Assembly: GCF_049200455.1 (NCBI RefSeq) | Contig: NZ_CP185912.1 | Origin: Escherichia coli | Lineage (GTDB): Bacteria; Pseudomonadota; Gammaproteobacteria; Enterobacterales; Enterobacteriaceae | Strand: one strand, 5' to 3' | DNA length: 24,000 bases | Shown: positions 19,401 to 24,000 of the stretch, piece by piece | Numbering within the stretch: position 1 is the stretch's first letter | Layout: each line of letters starts with the position of its first letter | Translations under genes and position numbers: made by a program | Notes under the pieces: model-generated | What the model was told of the DNA's origin: nothing | Databases searched by the model: none | What the model saw: the letters and a program-made list of their open reading frames with translations, nothing else

Positions 19401-20774
19401 TTAATGGTTGGAGAACCAGTTCAGTTTATCGCGCAGGCCAACAACCCGACCAATAATAATTAGCGATGGACTGTTCATTTGCTGAGCAAGTTCACCGAGT
19501 TGCGTGAGCGTACCGTCAATCACGCGCTGCGTGACTGCCGTACCGTTTTCGACAATTGCCACCGGCATTTCGCCTGGCATTCCGTGTTCAATCAGCTTTT
19601 GCTGAATAGTCGCGGCCTGATTCAACCCCATATAGAACACCAGCGTCTGTTTTTCTGCCGCCAGGTTTTCCCAGTCCAGCTCGCCACCAGTTTTTAAGTG
19701 TCCGGTAATTAAGCGCACGCTCTGGGCATAATCGCGATGCGTGAGCGGAATACCCGAATAGGCAGAGCAACCAGAAGCTGCGGTAATACCCGGAACCACC
19801 GAGAACGGAATACCCGCGTTGCACAGTGTTTCCAGCTCTTCGCCACCACGGCCAAAAATAAACGGATCGCCACCTTTCAGCCGCACCACGCGTTTGCCTT
19901 TTTGCGCTTCCCGCAGCAGGATCTGGTTAATCTCTTCCTGCGGTACACAGTGGTATCCCGCGCGTTTGCCGACGAAAACGCGATCAGCATCGCGGCGTAC
20001 CAGATTCATAATATCGTCAGAAACCAGACGGTCGTAGACCACCACATCTGCCTGCTGAATTTGTTGCAGTCCTTTCAGCGTCAGCAGCCCGGCATCGCCC
20101 GGACCTGCACCAACCAGCACCACTTCACCGCGATGGTCGAGCGGTTCGTTGATTAACTGTTCGGTCGTTTCAGTAATGGCTTTCTGATCGTTGTTTGCCA
20201 GCGACTGCGCCAGGCGGTCGTTAACGAACAATTTCTCCCAGAAACGGCGACGCTCACTCATCGTGGCGAACTGTTGTTTCACTCGCCCGCGTAATTGCCC
20301 GGCATATTTCGCCACCTGGCCCAGATGTAACGGCAGCAGTGATTCAAGTTTTTCGCGCAACAGGCGTGCCAGAACCGGAGAGGTGCCGCCAGAGGAGACC
20401 GCTACCATGAGCGGTGAGCGGTCAATAATCGACGGCATAATAAAGCTGGCGGCTTTCGGCGCATCGACCACGTTACAGAAGATGCGACGAGCTTCAGCGG
20501 CTTCGCTGACGCGCTGGTTAAGCGCGTCATCATCCGTCGCTGCAATCGCCAGCCAGCAGGTGTCGAGAAGGCTTTCATCAAATGGCCCTTCGACGAGGGT
20601 TAACATGCCTGCATCTGCCCATGCGGTGAACTGTGGAATAAACGCTAATGCATTCACCGTTAAGCGAGCGCCTGCGTCTAACAGCAACCTTGCTTTGCGT
20701 TCCGCGACATCACCACCGCCGACAATCAGACAGTCGCGATCGCGTAATTGGCAAAATATAGGCAAATGATCCAC
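19401..20774 (-). CDS. cysG: siroheme synthase (precorrin-2 dehydrogenase/ferrochelatase + uroporphyrinogen-III C-methyltransferase)
   Basis: 457-aa [35 protein letters not shown]...; C-terminal SUMT domain [19 protein letters not shown]...[17 protein letters not shown]. Confidence 0.97.
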   Translation of the reverse strand: MDHLPIFCQLRDRDCLIVGGGDVAERKARLLLDAGARLTVNALAFIPQFTAWADAGMLTLVEGPFDESLLDTCWLAIAATDDDALNQRVSEAAEARRIFCNVVDAPKAASFIMPSIIDRSPLMVAVSSGGTSPVLARLLREKLESLLPLHLGQVAKYAGQLRGRVKQQFATMSERRRFWEKLFVNDRLAQSLANNDQKAITETTEQLINEPLDHRGEVVLVGAGPGDAGLLTLKGLQQIQQADVVVYDRLVSDDIMNLVRRDADRVFVGKRAGYHCVPQEEINQILLREAQKGKRVVRLKGGDPFIFGRGGEELETLCNAGIPFSVVPGITAASGCSAYSGIPLTHRDYAQSVRLITGHLKTGGELDWENLAAEKQTLVFYMGLNQAATIQQKLIEHGMPGEMPVAIVENGTAVTQRVIDGTLTQLGELAQQMNSPSLIIIGRVVGLRDKLNWFSNH

Positions 20775-20792
20775 GTAAAAACCCCTTAGTAA

Positions 20793-21599
20793 TTAACCGG
20801 CAGCCGTTTCAGTTTGATTAAATTTGTCCGCAACCGGACGATTCGCTTTCGGCGTAGCATACCAATAACCCAATCCCATGAATACGGCACCTGATAAAGT
20901 ATTACCCAGCGTCACCCACAGCAGGTTATGACCAATACCCGCCAGCGTGTAGGCTTCGCTGTGGTTGCCGAACCAGGAGAGCGCGAACAGCGTCATGTTA
21001 GCGATAGAGTGCTCGTAGCCAGACGCGATAAATGCCAGCAGACACCACCAGATAGCGATAAATTTCGCCGCCCCTTCAGTGCGCAGCGCCATCCAGATTG
21101 CCAGGCAAACCAGCCAGTTACACAATGCACCTTTGAAGAACAGTACCATTGCCGGTGCAGTGGTTTTAGCCAGCGCGACGGAGTGAACGATGCTGGTATC
21201 TACCGGCAGCAGGCTACCGCCGCCCCAGCTATAGAGCATGGCAACGAAGACGGAACCGACCAGGTTACCCAGCCAGGTTTGCGGCAGGATTGCCCACATT
21301 TGCCCGTGGCTGATGCTGCCCGCTTTTACCCCAAAGGTGAGGAACATGGTGTGTCCGGTGAACAGTTCAGAACCGGCGATAATCACCAGCGTTAAGGCGA
21401 TACCAAAGGTCGCGCCCATCACCAGCGGACGTACGGACGGGTCGAGCAAATTACCGAGCGTGAAAATCAAGATGATCCCAAGACCCACATACGCGCCCGC
21501 CATGGCGGAGCTGACCCAAAAGCCGAGCGGGTTATTTGCCGACAGGCGTGCAATGCGCGCAGCGTTAGCCGCACACTTATTAATAGTGTCTGTAAACAT
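20793..21599 (-). CDS. nirC: nitrite transporter, FocA/NirC family
   Basis: 268-aa polytopic ORF MFTDTINKCAANAARIARLSANNPLGFWVSSAMAGAYVG...; position between nirD and cysG. Confidence 0.96.
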   Translation of the reverse strand: MFTDTINKCAANAARIARLSANNPLGFWVSSAMAGAYVGLGIILIFTLGNLLDPSVRPLVMGATFGIALTLVIIAGSELFTGHTMFLTFGVKAGSISHGQMWAILPQTWLGNLVGSVFVAMLYSWGGGSLLPVDTSIVHSVALAKTTAPAMVLFFKGALCNWLVCLAIWMALRTEGAAKFIAIWWCLLAFIASGYEHSIANMTLFALSWFGNHSEAYTLAGIGHNLLWVTLGNTLSGAVFMGLGYWYATPKANRPVADKFNQTETAAG

Positions 21600-21647
21600 T
21601 TGATTATCCTTTAAAAAATAAAAACAAAAAAATAAAACAAAAAGTTT

Positions 21648-21686
21648 AAAAAATGTCCTGCAATATACCGAAGGTCATTACAGGAC
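21648..21686 (-). terminator. terminator-like hairpin 2 in the nirD-nirC gap
   Basis: - strand: GTCCTGTAAT ... ATTGCAGGAC (10-bp stem with one G-T) followed by ATTTTTT. Confidence 0.6.
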
Positions 21687-21692
21687 CATGCA

Positions 21693-21716
21693 AAAAGGGG
21701 AGGCATTGCGCCTCCC
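21693..21716 (-). terminator. terminator-like hairpin 1 immediately after nirD
   Basis: - strand: GGGAGGC-GCAAT-GCCTCCC followed by CTTTTTG, 10 nt after the nirD stop. Confidence 0.65.
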
Positions 21717-21726
21717 GTTAAAACAA

Positions 21727-22053
21727 TTAACCGCGCAGCTGCACCACGCCGTCTTTCACTCGTGCTTCGTAATGCTTGACGGAAAACTGTTCGTCTTCCA
21801 TGCACAAGCCATCACTTAAGCGAAAACGCTGTTTTTTCAGCGGGCTGGCGACCCACAGCTCGCCCTGGTGTTCCGCAATCAGCCCGCGTGACAGCACGCT
21901 GGACTCGAAGAACGGATCGATGTTGCTGATCGCAAACACCTGGTCGCTGTGATATGGGCGGAAAATTGCTACCTGCTCGTCACCTAACAGCGCGCAGACG
22001 CCGGTTTCAGGCAGGATGTCATCGATTTTGCAGATGTCTTTCCACTGGCTCAT
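21727..22053 (-). CDS. nirD: nitrite reductase (NADH) small subunit
   Basis: 108-aa ORF MSQWKDICKIDDILPETGVCALLGDEQVAIFR, a Rieske-like small subunit next to nirB. Confidence 0.96.
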   Translation of the reverse strand: MSQWKDICKIDDILPETGVCALLGDEQVAIFRPYHSDQVFAISNIDPFFESSVLSRGLIAEHQGELWVASPLKKQRFRLSDGLCMEDEQFSVKHYEARVKDGVVQLRG

Positions 22054-24000
22054 GCGTTGTCCTCTACCAGAGTTACCGGGATACGTTCATACGGCGTTGC
22101 CGGACGGTGCTGTTCGCGCTCTGGCACCATCTGCACGTTCGGGTCACGCTTGTCGCTGTTGATGAAGTGTTTGAAGCGAGTCTGCGCAGACGGCGTATTG
22201 ACCGTTTCAGTCCACTCACACACTACCGCTTCACGCAGGCGCGCCATCTCTTCTTCCAGATGAGCGTTCAGCCCCAGTTTGTCGTCAATGATCACCGCTT
22301 TCAGGTAATCGATGCCGCCTTCAAGGTTTTCTAACCACGGTGCGGTACGCGTCAGTTTGTCGGCGGTACGGATGTAGAACATCATGAAGCGATCGAGGTA
22401 TTTGATCAGCGTTTCGCGATCGATATCCGCCGCCAGCAGATCCGCATGACGCGGTTTCATGCCGCCGTTACCGCAAACATACAGGTTCCAGCCTTTTTCA
22501 GTGGCGATAATACCCACGTCTTTACCCTGAGCTTCTGAACACTCACGGGTACAGCCGGAGACACCGAACTTCATTTTGTGCGGCGTACGGATGCCTTTGT
22601 AGCGGTTTTCCAGTTCCACGCCGAGGCCGACGCTGTCGCCAACGCCGTAGCGGCACCAGGTGCTACCCACGCAGGTTTTCGCCATACGCAGTGCTTTCGC
22701 ATAGGCATGACCGGTTTCGAAGCCGGCTTCAATCAGCTGACGCCAGATCTCCGGCAGATCGTCTTTCTGTGCGCCAAACATCGCCAGGCGCTGAGAGCCG
22801 GTGATTTTGGTGTAGAGATTAAATTCACGCGCGATACGACCCACAGCCATCAGCCCTTCCGGGGTGATTTCACCGCCCGGAGAGCGCGGGATCACCGAGT
22901 AGGTGCCGTCTTTCTGGATGTTAGCGAGGAAGTTGTCGTTAGAATCCTGCAGCGGAGTATGTTCCGGCTTCAGAATGTATTCGTTCCAGCAGGAGGCCAG
23001 CAGCGAACCGACGGTCGGTTTACAAACTTCACAACCGTAGCCTTTGCCGTGTTTCGCCAGCAGTTCTTCGAAGGTTTTAATGCCTTCAACGCGGATCAAA
23101 TGGAACAGTTCCTGACGCGAATAAGCAAAGTGTTCGCACAGGTTGTTGTTAACTTCGATGCCCTGTTTCGCCAGTTCCGCGTTCAGTACCTGAGTGACCA
23201 GCGGGATACAGCCACCGCAGCCAGTACCCGCTTTGGTTTCGGCTTTCAGCGCCGCAACGGTGTGGCAGCCTTTGTTGATAGCAGCAATCAGATCGCCTTT
23301 GGTGACGTCGAAGCAGGAGCAGATTTGCGCGCTGTCCGGCAGTTTATCAACACCGATAGACGGCTTGCCGCTACCCGAGTGCGCCGGCAGGATCAGGGAA
23401 TCCGGGTTTTCCGGCAGCTCGATAGCGTTCAGCACCAGTTGCAGCAGGTTACCGTAGTCGCTGGTATCGCCCACCAGTACCGCACCGAGCAGGGTTTTGT
23501 TGTCTTCGCTGACAATCAGGCGTTTGTAGATCTCTTTGCTTTCGTCGAGGTAAACATAGCTACGCGCGCCAGGCGTGCGACCATGCGCATCACCAATACC
23601 GCCTACGTCTACGCCCAGCAGTTTCAGCTTGGCGCTAAGGTCGGCGCCTTCAAAGGCGTTTTCGCGACCTACAATGTGGTCAACGGCGACCTGCGCCATT
23701 TTGTAACCCGGAGCTACCAGCCCAAACACTCGGTTGTTCCAGCTTGCGCATTCACCGATGGCGTAGATATCCGGATCGGAAGTCTGGCAGGAATCATTAA
23801 TGACGATACCCCCACGCGGAGCAACCTCCAGACCACACTGGGTTGCCAGCTTATCGCGCGGACGGATACCGGTAGAGAAGACGATAAAGTCGACTTCCAG
23901 TTCGCTTCCGTCGGCAAAACGCATGGTTTTACGCGCTTCGACACCTTCCTGCACAATCTCAAGGGTGTTTTTGCTGGTGTGAACGCGCACGCCCATACTT
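22050..24000 (-). CDS. nirB: nitrite reductase (NADH) large subunit, C-terminal portion (partial; 5' end lies beyond the window)
   Basis: Frame stays open to the window edge; GIRPRDKLATQCGLEVAPRGGI, QICSCFDVTKGDLIAAINKGCHTVAALKAETKAGTGCGGC and the siroheme/4Fe-4S region CVGSTWCRYG...CTRECSEA. Confidence 0.96.
   Translation of the reverse strand, partial: SMGVRVHTSKNTLEIVQEGVEARKTMRFADGSELEVDFIVFSTGIRPRDKLATQCGLEVAPRGGIVINDSCQTSDPDIYAIGECASWNNRVFGLVAPGYKMAQVAVDHIVGRENAFEGADLSAKLKLLGVDVGGIGDAHGRTPGARSYVYLDESKEIYKRLIVSEDNKTLLGAVLVGDTSDYGNLLQLVLNAIELPENPDSLILPAHSGSGKPSIGVDKLPDSAQICSCFDVTKGDLIAAINKGCHTVAALKAETKAGTGCGGCIPLVTQVLNAELAKQGIEVNNNLCEHFAYSRQELFHLIRVEGIKTFEELLAKHGKGYGCEVCKPTVGSLLASCWNEYILKPEHTPLQDSNDNFLANIQKDGTYSVIPRSPGGEITPEGLMAVGRIAREFNLYTKITGSQRLAMFGAQKDDLPEIWRQLIEAGFETGHAYAKALRMAKTCVGSTWCRYGVGDSVGLGVELENRYKGIRTPHKMKFGVSGCTRECSEAQGKDVGIIATEKGWNLYVCGNGGMKPRHADLLAADIDRETLIKYLDRFMMFYIRTADKLTRTAPWLENLEGGIDYLKAVIIDDKLGLNAHLEEEMARLREAVVCEWTETVNTPSAQTRFKHFINSDKRDPNVQMVPEREQHRPATPYERIPVTLVEDNA

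Noticed and set aside
20191-20769. 192-aa + strand ORF antisense to cysG
   Set aside because: Shadow of the cysG coding sequence; no domain pattern.
22050-23996. Taking nirB as a complete 648-aa gene starting at 23996
   Set aside because: The frame is open to the window edge and the N-terminal FAD-binding part is missing; the ATG at 23996 is an internal Met.

Overview
This window is an enterobacterial chromosomal segment that I recognise as Escherichia coli-type (K-12-like gene order, reverse orientation). From left to right on the + strand it holds: the 3' end of aroK, aroB, damX, dam, rpe, gph and trpS, followed by an intrinsic terminator. Next comes the poorly characterised operon yhfZ-yhfY-yhfX-yhfW-php(yhfV)-yhfU-yhfT-yhfS. 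On the - strand, read leftward, are the fructoselysine cluster frlA-frlB-frlC-frlD-frlR, the small lipoprotein gene yhfL, and nirB(partial)-nirD-nirC-cysG. Intergenic extras are two identical 43-bp GC-rich repeats (BoxC-like), one REP/BIME-type palindrome and several strong inverted repeats. There is no CRISPR array, prophage, transposase, tRNA or rRNA that I can support. The best candidate for an undescribed system is the yhfZ-yhfS operon. It combines a regulator, a PRD protein, two different-fold PLP enzymes, a phosphopentomutase-like protein, a phosphotriesterase homologue and an unusual membrane protein with a small soluble partner. Active-site motifs suggest chemistry that differs from the named homologues.
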